Assembly: GCA_030141605.1 (NCBI GenBank) | Contig: JAQGDQ010001118.1 | Span: forward strand, 25,029 to 61,619 | From: Tubiluchus corallicola | Taxonomy: Eukaryota; Animalia; Priapulida | Length of the DNA: 36,591 nucleotides | Direction: 5' to 3' | Shown: piece after piece, positions 9,416-19,849 of the stretch | Layout of the letters: every line of letters begins with the position of its first letter | Numbering within the stretch: the first letter of the stretch is position 1 | Notes under the pieces: model-generated | What the model saw: only the letters and a program-made list of their open reading frames with translations | What the model was told of the DNA's origin: nothing | Database searches by the model: none | Program-made: the position numbers and the translations under genes

Positions 9416-12319
9416 ATGAGCAATCAACTAAAAATGGACAGAGAGGACAGCGAAGCAGATGACAGTGACACAGAAGATGAATTCAATGAAAAGAAAGAGC
9501 AAGGATGGACTGCACTTCACGAATCTGTTTATGAGAACGACGTTAGCGCAGTGCGCCATCTACTGGCAGAAGGACATTCTGTTGGAGGACAATCTGGCAT
9601 TCTGTCAAAGCGAACACCTCTCATGATAGCATCAGCCAAGGGGTATATGAGTATAGTGCAGTTGTTATTGGAGCATGAAAATAAACTTTCAAGTTGTGAA
9701 GAGAGACAAATAAACTGCAAGGATTATGATGGACGAACACCCTTACACCATGCAGCACAGCACGACTGTGCAATTGCAGTATTTTTATTAAACCATGGAG
9801 CACCGCTAGATGTTAAAGATAATTATGGTTATTCGCCCCTTCATCTTGCGGTTGAAAGTGGACACGTCGACATTGTTCACTTGTTACTAAATCGTGGAGC
9901 TCAAGTTGACTGCGCAAACAACGAAGGCGAAACACCTCTACACACGGCTGCTGAAGAAGGGCACGTTGACGTAGTCGAGATGCTACTGAAACACGGTGCG
10001 GCAGCTGACAGACGAACAAAACGGCAAGGATTCACACCGCTTCATAAAGCAGCTGGCAAAGGATATGATAAAATAGTCGAGATACTACTGGACAGTGGAA
10101 TACAAATTGACTGTGCAGATGATGGTGGAAATACTCCTCTCCATGATGCAGCTGATTTTCAACACGCTGATATAGTCAAGATGTTACTAGATCGTGGAGC
10201 ACAAATAAATGTTAGAAATACCGGTGGAAGTACCGCGTTACACCGGGCAGCAATAATGAACAGCCGTTGCGATATTGTCAAGTTGTTATTAGACCGGAGC
10301 AGTGGAGCTTTAGTTGAATGCCGTGACGACGACGGCAACACGGCTTTGCATCGTACAGCAACTTACAGTCTTTGTCCTGACATAGCAAAGGTGCTATTAG
10401 ATTTTAAAGCAACAATTGGATGCAGAAACAAAGACGGAGAGACGCCTTTACATTTAGCGTGTGCGTACGATCGCACAGAGCTGATCAGGTTTCTTGTGGA
10501 TGCTGGAGCTGATGTAGATGCCATCAATGATAAAGGTCAAATGCCTCTTCATCTTGCAGTTAGTTATTCTCGTTCACTCGACATTATTAAACTTCTGTTG
10601 AGCAAAACGAAAACTATAAACCAGACTGATGATTGTGGTATGACACCTTTGCACTACATTTACAATCGACCTACAGTTATTTTAAACATTGATGTGGTAA
10701 GGGATTTCATTCGTCTTGGAGCCAACACAGACATAGTCAGTAATGATGGTCAGACCATTAAAGACCAGCTAGTCGAACGTGGAAATTTTGGCAAAGACAA
10801 TAACAAAGTCGTCCGGCGAGTTATAGGTCAGCTTTATCAACATCAGTATTTTAAAACCTGCAAAACATTCTCAGTAGCGTCAGCTGATCAAGATGCGTTC
10901 AAATTTGACTGCATTAATTCACTCCTCGGCGGCAGAGATAATCATATAACCAACCTGCTGCTTGTTGGTAACTTAGTAGAACCGGAAGAGTGTGATAAAA
11001 TTAAAAACTCTGTTGATTCACTGATAAGGAATGTTTGCAGTAGGATCAAAGGGTTAGAACCAGAGCTTGAAGGTGAAGCTATGTTGATTGGAAGCAGCTC
11101 ATGTGGGATAAAGTGCTGGTTACCGGACGAATTCGATTACTTCTTTGTGTTAACAACATTGAGTGAAAAAGTTACAATTGAAGCAAACAAGGACGGATAT
11201 GCGAAAGTAAGAGTGAACGATGATTTGTGCAAAAGTATGAAAAACTATGTTAGCGACGGATATCTTCAAATCCAAATAAAAGATATGTTTGCTGACGTGC
11301 TCTGCAGAGCCATGTCTGAAGCTTACCAGTCGACAATCAATCAAAGATCTCAATCTGACACATCGCTTTCAGACTTTGAACTTTTCCCAGTGCAGGATTC
11401 CATAATAGAGTGGAACAAGGTTTGCACCACATTCAACGTAATTGTTCAAGGCTCCTTCTACAAACAGCTGAAAATATCTGTCGATGTCTCGCCAGCTTTA
11501 AGGGTATCTGGTGGACCGCCAGGAGCAATATTGTCACGTCTTTCTCAAATATCGAATTTGGAATATCATGTAGTGCCAAAACCGGCGGAAGACGCTAGCA
11601 TTCAAAAACTTTCAGAGGAGTGGACGACAACTTCGACGATAAGCACCAGTTCTCCTGAAAGCAAAGTCATTCAACTGACTTCCCAGCGTAGCAAAGACGT
11701 AATGATAATACTGAAAACTTTGATGAAAGAGTACGTGTACAACGTCAAGTTGCCAAAAGCCGTTGCCAACTCGTGGATGGAAGAGCAAAAGAAGCAGCTG
11801 GAGGAGAAGAAAGATCGAGAGTCGGAATCGGGAATAGATATGCCCTATAAGTTGTTTTTAATGGCGAAACGTTACCCAGGCGATATGATAGACTCCTATA
11901 CCATAAAGACGGCATTCCTTCAAGAACTCTGGAGAAGCGGTGAGCCAAAGGACGAAGCAGAAATTGAAGAAAGAGTGCAGAGCATACTAGGGTACATCTC
12001 GTCATGCTGCAGGAATCGTTACATGCCTCATTACTTACTTAATGATTTTAACATATTAGAAAGCTTGAATGATAAATTAATCCAAAGTCAACCGCTGCCA
12101 TTCCTCATGGAAAAATGTGCGGCTGCTATTAAGCAGCATATAACCACTGATGGAGTGCCTACACACAAGTGCTTGATGAGCATAGATGCAGACGATGTGT
12201 ACGCAAACATGGAGCTAGCCCGACGCGAGCGAGACATATTTTATTGGAGTGAAACAATTGCTAACAAAAAAATATGGCAGGAGCTAGAGAAAGGTTGGCA
12301 AGAAGAGTTCAGTGAGTGA
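9416..12319 (+). CDS. Ankyrin-repeat / Mab21-cGAS-like nucleotidyltransferase (ANK-cGLR) fusion protein, 967 aa
   Basis: 12 ankyrin repeats (G-x-T-P/A-L-H motifs, aa about 30-440). Then LIGSSSCGIKCWLPDEFDY (G559-S560, E572, D574), ISVDVSPAL (D690), YHVVPK, STSSPESKVI, IDSYTIKTAFL and MPHYLLNDFNIL, matching cGAS/Mab21 motifs in order. In-frame stops just upstream fix the ATG; CAG acceptor at 9401-9403. Confidence 0.92.
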   Translation: MSNQLKMDREDSEADDSDTEDEFNEKKEQGWTALHESVYENDVSAVRHLLAEGHSVGGQSGILSKRTPLMIASAKGYMSIVQLLLEHENKLSSCEERQINCKDYDGRTPLHHAAQHDCAIAVFLLNHGAPLDVKDNYGYSPLHLAVESGHVDIVHLLLNRGAQVDCANNEGETPLHTAAEEGHVDVVEMLLKHGAAADRRTKRQGFTPLHKAAGKGYDKIVEILLDSGIQIDCADDGGNTPLHDAADFQHADIVKMLLDRGAQINVRNTGGSTALHRAAIMNSRCDIVKLLLDRSSGALVECRDDDGNTALHRTATYSLCPDIAKVLLDFKATIGCRNKDGETPLHLACAYDRTELIRFLVDAGADVDAINDKGQMPLHLAVSYSRSLDIIKLLLSKTKTINQTDDCGMTPLHYIYNRPTVILNIDVVRDFIRLGANTDIVSNDGQTIKDQLVERGNFGKDNNKVVRRVIGQLYQHQYFKTCKTFSVASADQDAFKFDCINSLLGGRDNHITNLLLVGNLVEPEECDKIKNSVDSLIRNVCSRIKGLEPELEGEAMLIGSSSCGIKCWLPDEFDYFFVLTTLSEKVTIEANKDGYAKVRVNDDLCKSMKNYVSDGYLQIQIKDMFADVLCRAMSEAYQSTINQRSQSDTSLSDFELFPVQDSIIEWNKVCTTFNVIVQGSFYKQLKISVDVSPALRVSGGPPGAILSRLSQISNLEYHVVPKPAEDASIQKLSEEWTTTSTISTSSPESKVIQLTSQRSKDVMIILKTLMKEYVYNVKLPKAVANSWMEEQKKQLEEKKDRESESGIDMPYKLFLMAKRYPGDMIDSYTIKTAFLQELWRSGEPKDEAEIEERVQSILGYISSCCRNRYMPHYLLNDFNILESLNDKLIQSQPLPFLMEKCAAAIKQHITTDGVPTHKCLMSIDADDVYANMELARRERDIFYWSETIANKKIWQELEKGWQEEFSE

Positions 12320-12476
12320 TCTAACAGTTGCAGGTCAAAGACTTTAATTGATATTGCTGCAATTTGACAGAACTGCAAATACAAATATATCAGAGCTTGT
12401 ATTACTCTTTGACTCAATTTACAAACTCGCTGAAGTTGCTAATGAAGCTGATTTCTTACAAGGATGTCGCCAGGTA

Positions 12477-14168
12477 AGACACTCTATTAATGCCTCCTTG
12501 AGTCTATTGAAAACCAGAGATTTATTTTGATGAGAGGTGCTCAACAACTCTGGAGAAGTCGTGAGAGTCATAGGAGATTCATATAGAGTCATACTATGAG
12601 AGTCATGATTTTGGCATTAATAGCTGTGAAGTGGTTACAAAGAGTCAGTTGTCCCAAAACATGCATATATCAAATAAATGCAGTATGACTGAATCTTAGA
12701 AACTAAATGGCAAGAGAGTCCACAGACACTATTACAGTTTTCCCTTTCAAGGAAGTAGTGTGATCAGTTGCGGCTCATAGCTAAAATTACCGAGGGTGCT
12801 GCTTCACACAGACACTATTACAGTTTTCCCTTTCAAGGAAGTAGTGTGATCAGTTGCGGCTCATAGCTGAAATTACCGAGGGTGCTGCTTCACACAGACA
12901 CTATTATAGTTCTCTCTTTCAAGGAAGTAGTGCGATCAGTTTCGGCTCATAGCTAAAATTACTGAGGGTGCTGCTTCACACAGACACTATTATAGTTCTC
13001 TCTTTCAAGGAAGTAGGGCGATCAGTGGCGCCTCATAGCTAAAATTACCGAAGGTGCTGCTTCACACAGACACTATTATAGTTCTCTCTTTCAAGGAAGT
13101 AGTGCGATCAGTTTCGGCTCATAGCTAAAATTACTGAGGGTGCTGCTTCACACAGACACTATTATAGTTCTCTCTTTCAAGGAAGTAGTGCGATCAGTTT
13201 CGGCTCATAGCTAAAATTACTGAGGGTGCTGCTTCACACAGACACTATTATAGTTTTCTCTTTCAAGGAAGTAGTGTGATCAGTGGCGCCTCGTAGCTAA
13301 AATTACCGGGGGTGCTGCTTCAGAAATTTTTTAGCCAAAGTTGTTTAATACTGTGTAAAACGAAACAAACATATCAAATTTTAATGTTGCAATTGTAATT
13401 TTAAACAAACCAATATGTGAAAGTATATACGTAAACTTGATAAAATCCTAATCACAAAAAAGTATTTTTTCCACACTAATAGCCTAAATTGTTGCAGTTC
13501 AATCTTGATCCATTCACAGTAAGCACGTGACAACTGACAACAAACTGTGTGAGCGAGAGTACTTTTTCTACCTGGGATCAGACATGTGCGCATGACCGCA
13601 AACGCACAACTGTTACAGCCAAACACCTCGTTGCTGGAGCGCAATGTGCTGAGCTATGAAGCAAACACCACTGCCCTCACATGCTCTGGTTTTGTACAGG
13701 TATAAGGAAAGAACTAAAGAAAAGACTCGTTATAGTTGTGAATATTATCAATAATACTGAGTGAAAATATGCAAAGACACTGGTAAAGACATTGATCACA
13801 CTTGTTGCTTTAGAATAAGTTGCAGTGTAACATAAAACTTTGTTACGTCAATACAAATAATAATTCCTCTCTATAAACACATACGTTTATAAGTGCAAAT
13901 GCACTGCAAATGTAATATTCTCTGTGGACTCTCTTACCATTTAGTATCTAAGATTCATTCATACTGCATTTATTTGATGTATAGATTTTTTGGGACAACT
14001 GACTCTTTGTAACCACTTCAGCTATTAATGCCAAAATCATGACTCTCATAGTACGACTCTATATGAGTCTCATATGACTTTCATGACTTCTCTAGAGTTG
14101 TTGAGCACCTCTCAGCAAAATAAATCTCTGCTTTTCGATAGACTCAAGGAGGCAGTGATAGAGTGTCT
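12477..14168. mobile_element. Non-autonomous long-TIR (foldback-like) DNA element with TA flanks
   Basis: About 260-bp inverted termini (12477-12736 vs 13911-14168), ends TA|AGACACTC...GAGTGTCT|TA; internal 86-bp tandem array; no transposase ORF. Confidence 0.8.
12721..13322. repeat. 86-bp minisatellite, 7 copies
   Basis: Units start at 12721, 12807, 12893 and so on (cacagacactatta...gggtgctgcttca). Confidence 0.95.
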
Positions 14169-14304
14169 TATAGACAGGTTTGTTGAAACTTAGTAGTCAT
14201 TCAACTAGTGCAATATCATTGGATCGCTGTTCTATAAGCTTTCGAACTATTTGTTTGGCACTATGATGATACAGCTTGCTCTGTATTGCTCTAAAATTAA
14301 GTTT

Positions 14305-14578
14305 GACCAGACGGTTTAGTCTAGTGGTAACGCGTCCACTTTCCGTCTGGGAGGTTGTGAGTTTGAACCAGCGGCCGGGTCATACCAAAGACTTTAAAAA
14401 TGGTACCCGCTGTTGCCCTGCCCGACGCGTAGTATTTAGGGTAAAAGTGGGGTAATAATAGTCTCTGTTGTGTAGTTGTAGGTTGTTATTTACAGTCGGC
14501 GATAATAGCTCTTTGAGCTAATGTTAATTGTTGACCCAAAAGCCGACTTTAAATAAAGATTATCATTATTATTATTAA
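14305..14578 (+). mobile_element. tRNA-derived SINE with a MetaSINE-like central domain and (ATT)n tail
   Basis: A box TAGTCTAGTGG, B box GAGTTTGAACC, core GGGTCATACCAAAGACTTTAAAAATGGTACC (resembles the Meta domain as I recall it), tail aataaagattatcattattattatt. Confidence 0.75.
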
Positions 14579-15010
14579 TAAGTTATATTTATTAATTACG
14601 TTGTTAAGATGAATACTCGGTAACTCATAGCTGTACGTTGTAATCATAGCACTTTTGAGAATTAATAAGTTATTTTTATTAATTATGTTGTTAAGATGAA
14701 TACTCGGTAACTCATGGCTGTATGTTGTAATCATAGCACTTTTGAGAATTAATAAGTTATTTTTATTAATTATGTTGTTAAGATGAATACTCGGTAACTC
14801 ATGGCTGTACGTTGTAATCATAGCACTTTTGAGAATTAATAAGTTATTTTTATTAATTATGTTGTTAAGATGAATACTCGGTAACTCATGGCTGTATGTT
14901 GTAATCATAGCACTTTTGAGAATTAATAAGTTATTTTTATTAATTATGTTGTTAAGATGAATACTCGGTAACTCATGGCTGTATGTTGTAATCATAGCAC
15001 TTTTGAGAAT
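14575..15010. repeat. 87-bp minisatellite, about 5 copies
   Basis: 29-aa periodic spurious ORF MITTYSHELPSIHL...; mirror array at 29649-30848. Confidence 0.95.
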
Positions 15011-15760
15011 TTAAATTATTTACATAATAAGAAACTTGTGTTAAATGATTTTATTGAAATGTGACATTGAGTGAAGCCTTGTAACAGTAAAGAAACTTCA
15101 CAGTTTCACAAATGTTTTAGATGTCGCTATCAGGGGCATATTAACTAATAGACTAACTAGAGTCTAGACTATAGCCTAGGCCCCCAAAGTTTGAGAATTA
15201 GAAATTTTTTTATTCTGCTCGGAAAATGTGTATACTTTCATTTTCATATTCATGTGAAGGGTGCATTTTATAACACACCATAGGCAGTTACTGAGGCCTG
15301 CTCCTATATAAGTGCCACATAACGAACAGGTGCAAGGCATTATACGACTAGCATGCACTATGCAAATACATGTAATTGATAATGACCAGGTTAATAGTGT
15401 TTCTAATACACCACAAGTAATTATTTAATGCACTCATTACATAAATAACACAATAGAGATATGCGGGACAGAACTATTGACCAAAGGCATTATAAAGTCT
15501 TGATATGTCCCTGGTCACAGAATTGCAAATGTTGTTCTCTTCTCTACATGGGATGTTGTTACATTTGAAATGAAATTTGATAACAGATCATAAATTCATA
15601 ATAGCAACATAATGTGGCCATTTAAAAACATAGCCGAGAGGATTGTGCTACTCTCAAATACTGCGCTACAGAGCACATCAATATTTCTGATCAACAAACC
15701 AATTACAATGTCCAAACCATCTGATCCTCCAATGACCATTCGCCTTACACAGCAACATTG

Positions 15761-15878
15761 GAGTAATCATTATTTCTATGTAGTAATCATTATTTCTATG
15801 GAGTAATCATTATTTCTATGTAGTAATCATTATTTCTATGGAGTAATCATTATTTCTATGTAGTAGTCATTATTTCAT
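15761..15878. repeat. 20-bp minisatellite, about 6 copies
   Basis: (g/t)agtaatcattatttctatg; only 2 copies at the mirror site near 28855-28895. Confidence 0.9.
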
Positions 15879-15915
15879 TGTTGCTACTCATTGGCTATAT
15901 GTGTGCTTGACAAAC

Positions 15916-16498
15916 CAAAACTGTCCATAAGTGGGCATAGTTAAAACAATGTTATGATGTTTCAAAGTACAATGCACCAAAAAGTTGGTCAAATGTCACC
16001 TTTTTCTCTTTTATAAAAACAAATGCTAAATATATTGGACTTTTACAATCTAGCATGAAATTATCAAGAAAATGTTCAAAAAACACTAAAAATCCAATTT
16101 TATAACTCCTTACTCAGTTTTCTGGCTAGAAACTAGTGCTGCAATTGTAAAAAACTTGTTTTTTTAAACTCCGCTAGAAGCTCATGGAAGCAGTCATTTT
16201 ATTTCGGGTTTTTAGTGTTGACAAACCCAGATCTTTGCCAGGAACAGCCATCTACTGGATATAACATTATTTAAATGTGTTCTTGCAAAGTCCGTAACAA
16301 CCAACATTCGTGCGGTTGCTAACTGTTTTATAGAAACACGACAAAAAACAATGGCTGACTTTAACAGCGATTTTCTCAAGATTATGTTTTTCTGTGCGCA
16401 GCCTGCACCTCAACTTCAATGTGGATTACCTCAGCTTAGAAATAAAATACGGCGATGACTTTGGTATCAAAATGATTGCCGACTTATGGACAATTTTG
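15916..16498 (+). mobile_element. MITE family A (TIR CAAAAyyGTCCATAAGT)
   Basis: Ends caaaactgtccataagt / acttatggacaattttg; related copies at 19202-19849, 24283-24929 and 28239-28819, and a fragment near 23200-23290. TSD not evident. Confidence 0.75.
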
Positions 16499-16515
16499 CT
16501 ATGAAGCACACATTT

Positions 16516-17034
16516 AGGGATGAGAATGACAAACTGCAAGAAACTCTGAAACAGGCCGGGGTTTTTGGGGCCACCTAGGCCCCATTGGGGTTGAGGGGCA
16601 AAGTCCCCTTGGAGCCAGCAACAAATTGCAATTTTGTGACCATAGAGAGCCTGTAAGTGGACTTAAAATATCAATTACCTTGTTTCATGCATAATATAAA
16701 ATACCCAACTATCAAGGATACGTGATACCTAATTGTCTCAAAAACGCCTAAGTACTGGCCGCTCCTATGCAAAAGTTTATAAAAACTGTCTGCAATTGAC
16801 TCAAATAACTCCACACAATTGATTCTATATTTTTATACATAGAGATCTACACGTGGTTACACTGATGTACATGATGTAAACAAAATGAAGGCCTGCCATC
16901 TAGCGGTCAGCTTGTGAAATAATGTACTGGGTCCGTAAAAATTTTCTCAACGAATTTACGCGATTTACAAAAATGGCACTACTGGTCTTCCAAAAACTCG
17001 GAACTCCGCGTATCCGCGGAAAACTCTCATCCCT
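16516..17034 (+). mobile_element. MITE family B
   Basis: TIR agggatgaga / tctcatccct; homologous to 4879-5379. Confidence 0.75.
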
Positions 17035-17244
17035 TTGTAAACAACAAAACAAATTACAATGTCAAAAACATCTGATCCATTCATCTTACTAAGCAACAAT
17101 GGAGTAGTCATTATTTCTATGTTACTACTCAATGGCTAGATGCTAATACTATGAAATAATAATAACCAGTGCTCCAAAAAAGCACCTGTTAAATGTGCTT
17201 GATAAAATCTCATCTTGAATCACTAGGCTGTGAATTTATACTTG

Positions 17245-19035
17245 TTAAGTATTTCTTGAGTGTTTTAACCTATGTTTCCTTAGGTAGCTTTGCCTAGCGA
17301 AATTAGCTCCACATAGACTGCATAAGTATGGCTTGATTCCAGTGTGAACCGTGATGTGTTCCTTTAAGTACCGTAGCTCGCTGAAGGCAACACCGCAATG
17401 CTGACACGAATGAGGTCGAGGCTGCCCCGTATGTTTCAATCTATGGCTCTTCAACGATGAAAGATTAGAGAACGAAGCTTCACACTGCGAACAAGAATAA
17501 GGTTTTTCTCCTGTGTGAGTCATTAAATGCCTTTTCAGTAGGTACGATCGAGTAAAACTTGCCCCGCACCACGCACACGTGTGCGGTCTCTCCCCGGTAT
17601 GACCCCTCAGATGTTGTTTTAAGCTACCGGGTTCGGTAAACGAAGCGTCGCACAGGTGACAGCCGTGCGGTCTTCCACCTTGGTGCCTCTTCAAGTGCCG
17701 CTGTAGTGTTCCTGACTGGGAAAAAGCTTTGCCACATAGCTCACATTTGTAAGGTTTTTCACCGCTGTGAGTCAACAGATGGCGCGTCAGCAAGCACTGC
17801 TGTCCAAAAGCCGCTCCGCAAAAATTGCAAAGATGAGGTTTGTCGCCCGAATGCGACAGCTGGTGTCGATTTAAGTTACCCGCACAGCTAAAAGTTGCAG
17901 CGCAGTGGGTGCAGATGTAAGGCTTCTGTTTTGAATGCGTTTCTATGTGCATTTTCAAGCTGCTCATATAATAACATGCATAGCCACACTGATCGCACTT
18001 GTAAAGCTTTTCAGTCTTGTGATTCATCAAATGTCTGCTTAAATTTCTGGAATTTTTGAAAGCGAGTTTGCAGTAGTCACACTTAAATGGCAGTGGTGCA
18101 GGGTGGACATTAGGTTTGGCACCATTTTTGTCCAGTGAAGACTCGCATTGACCACTGGCTTGACAGTTTTTGATTTTGCTAACATGAGAAGTAAGATGTT
18201 TGTTGTAATGACCCAACCTGGCAAACGAGGCAGTACACTGTGAACACTGAAAAGGTTTTTCATTCGAATGTTTAAGCAAATGCTGCTTCAAATGACTTGG
18301 CCATACGAATGCGGCGTCGCACTGAGTACATTTGTGAGGCTTTGTTCCAGAGTGTTCCATCAAATGCTTCTTCAAATAACTGCTGCTGGAAAAAGTGCCG
18401 CCGCACTTAACGCACGTGAATGGTTTCACGCCGGTATGTGTGAACAGATGGCGTTTCAAGTGACTCGGACTAGTAAAGGCACCTTCACAATGCTGACATT
18501 TATATGGCCGTCCCTGACTCGCAGATTTGATTAATGGCGTATCTCCTGCAGAGCTCAGAGATGCTTCACTTACTACAATGTGCTCTGAAGAATCGCGGCT
18601 GTTGTCACATTGTTCAACAGTGTCATTGTTTTTCACACATTGTTTAACAGTGTCATTGTTTTCCACAGAATAACAACCTACATTTGATTGGGAGTTAGTA
18701 ACATTTAAATCAAGCCTAGCACTTGCACTATTGGCAGCATCAGCAACTGTCGATTTTCTATTAATAAAGTTACCAAAACAAGACCCGTTTTTGGAATTGC
18801 CGTTTGCATCAGCACCATCTTTCGCTTCTGATTCAACTTTTACGACAACTGCATCTACATCAGTCTGAGCGACAATTTCGCTGGATGAACGAGGAAGTCT
18901 TTGTAGACCTTGTTCTTCTGACGTATCTGCTGGTTTCAGTATTTTAATGTCGTACATTTCGCTCCCGTGATGGGATGCTTCAACCGGCAAAGAAGGCGGC
19001 TCTGATTTTACTAATGGACTCTCATCTTCATCCAT
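17245..19035 (-). CDS. C2H2 zinc-finger protein, 14 fingers (4+10), left paralog, main exon
   Basis: CxxC...HxxxH fingers with TGEKP-like linkers; low-complexity N-terminus with psi-KxE motifs (VKSE, VKVE); splice acceptors at 19056-19058 (CAG) and 19037-19039 (TAG) on the - strand. Confidence 0.93.
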   Translation of the reverse strand: MDEDESPLVKSEPPSLPVEASHHGSEMYDIKILKPADTSEEQGLQRLPRSSSEIVAQTDVDAVVVKVESEAKDGADANGNSKNGSCFGNFINRKSTVADAANSASARLDLNVTNSQSNVGCYSVENNDTVKQCVKNNDTVEQCDNSRDSSEHIVVSEASLSSAGDTPLIKSASQGRPYKCQHCEGAFTSPSHLKRHLFTHTGVKPFTCVKCGGTFSSSSYLKKHLMEHSGTKPHKCTQCDAAFVWPSHLKQHLLKHSNEKPFQCSQCTASFARLGHYNKHLTSHVSKIKNCQASGQCESSLDKNGAKPNVHPAPLPFKCDYCKLAFKNSRNLSRHLMNHKTEKLYKCDQCGYACYYMSSLKMHIETHSKQKPYICTHCAATFSCAGNLNRHQLSHSGDKPHLCNFCGAAFGQQCLLTRHLLTHSGEKPYKCELCGKAFSQSGTLQRHLKRHQGGRPHGCHLCDASFTEPGSLKQHLRGHTGERPHTCAWCGASFTRSYLLKRHLMTHTGEKPYSCSQCEASFSNLSSLKSHRLKHTGQPRPHSCQHCGVAFSELRYLKEHITVHTGIKPYLCSLCGANFARQSYLRKHRLKHSRNT

Positions 19036-19201
19036 CCTAGAATGTATTGAAAACTCTGCAAAGCAAGAAATGTAGTTAACTACTTTAATTTAACTGGATG
19101 TCAGACACTGTAATTACCTGTTGCATTAAATTGTCAAAACAATTTAAAACAATGTTCACACTGGTGTCATTTGCTGATAATTAAATGTCAAATTAAAACA
19201 G

Positions 19202-19849
19202 CAAAATCGTCCATAAGTAGGCAGTTAAGCTTTTTATTATTCAAATATCCCGAATTTCCATTTCCTGGGGATCATTTTAATACCAAGCTCATTACTCTAT
19301 GTTATTTCTAAGCTGAGATAATCTACGTTGAAATTAAGGTGCAGGCTGTGCAGTGAAAAACTTAATGTTTAGAAAATTACCTTTATAGTTAGCCATTGTT
19401 TTCTGTCGCGTTTCTACAAAAACTTAGCAACCGTACAACTGTTGGTTGCCAAGGACTTTGAAAGAACGCGTTGAAGTCTGTTTAAATCCAGCAGATGGCT
19501 CTTCCAGACAAAGATCTGGGCTTGGCACCAGAAAAAACCCAAAGCAAAACGAACTACAAAAGCAAAATGACTGCTTCCAGGAGCTATTATCGGAGTGTGA
19601 ATATACAATTTTTCACAATTGCAGCACTAGTTTCTAGCCAGAAAAGTGGGTAGGGGGTTAAAAAATTAGATTTCTAGTATTTTTTAAACATTTTTTTTTG
19701 ATAATTTCATGCTAGAATATAAAAGCCCAATATATTTAGCATTTGGTTTTATAAAAAACAAAAAATTAACATTTGACCAAATTCTTTGTGCATTCTAGTT
19801 TGAAGCATCATAACATAGTTTTAACTATGCCGACTTATGGACGGTTTTG
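19202..19849 (-). mobile_element. MITE family A, intronic
   Basis: caaaatcgtccataagt ... acttatggacggttttg. Confidence 0.75.

Noticed and set aside
9416-12319. Calling the gene cGAS, MAB21L, RNase L or a bacterial CD-NTase/CBASS
   Set aside because: No Zn thumb, no kinase/RNase domain, low similarity to MAB21L, and a spliced eukaryotic context; only family-level assignment is supportable.
12721-13322. 86-bp array as possible CRISPR or ncRNA array
   Set aside because: Whole unit repeats with no variable spacer; lies inside a DNA transposon.
19414-19637. Short ORFs conserved with 24494-24717
   Set aside because: Identity reflects the inverted duplication of a MITE; TTG starts and no protein features.
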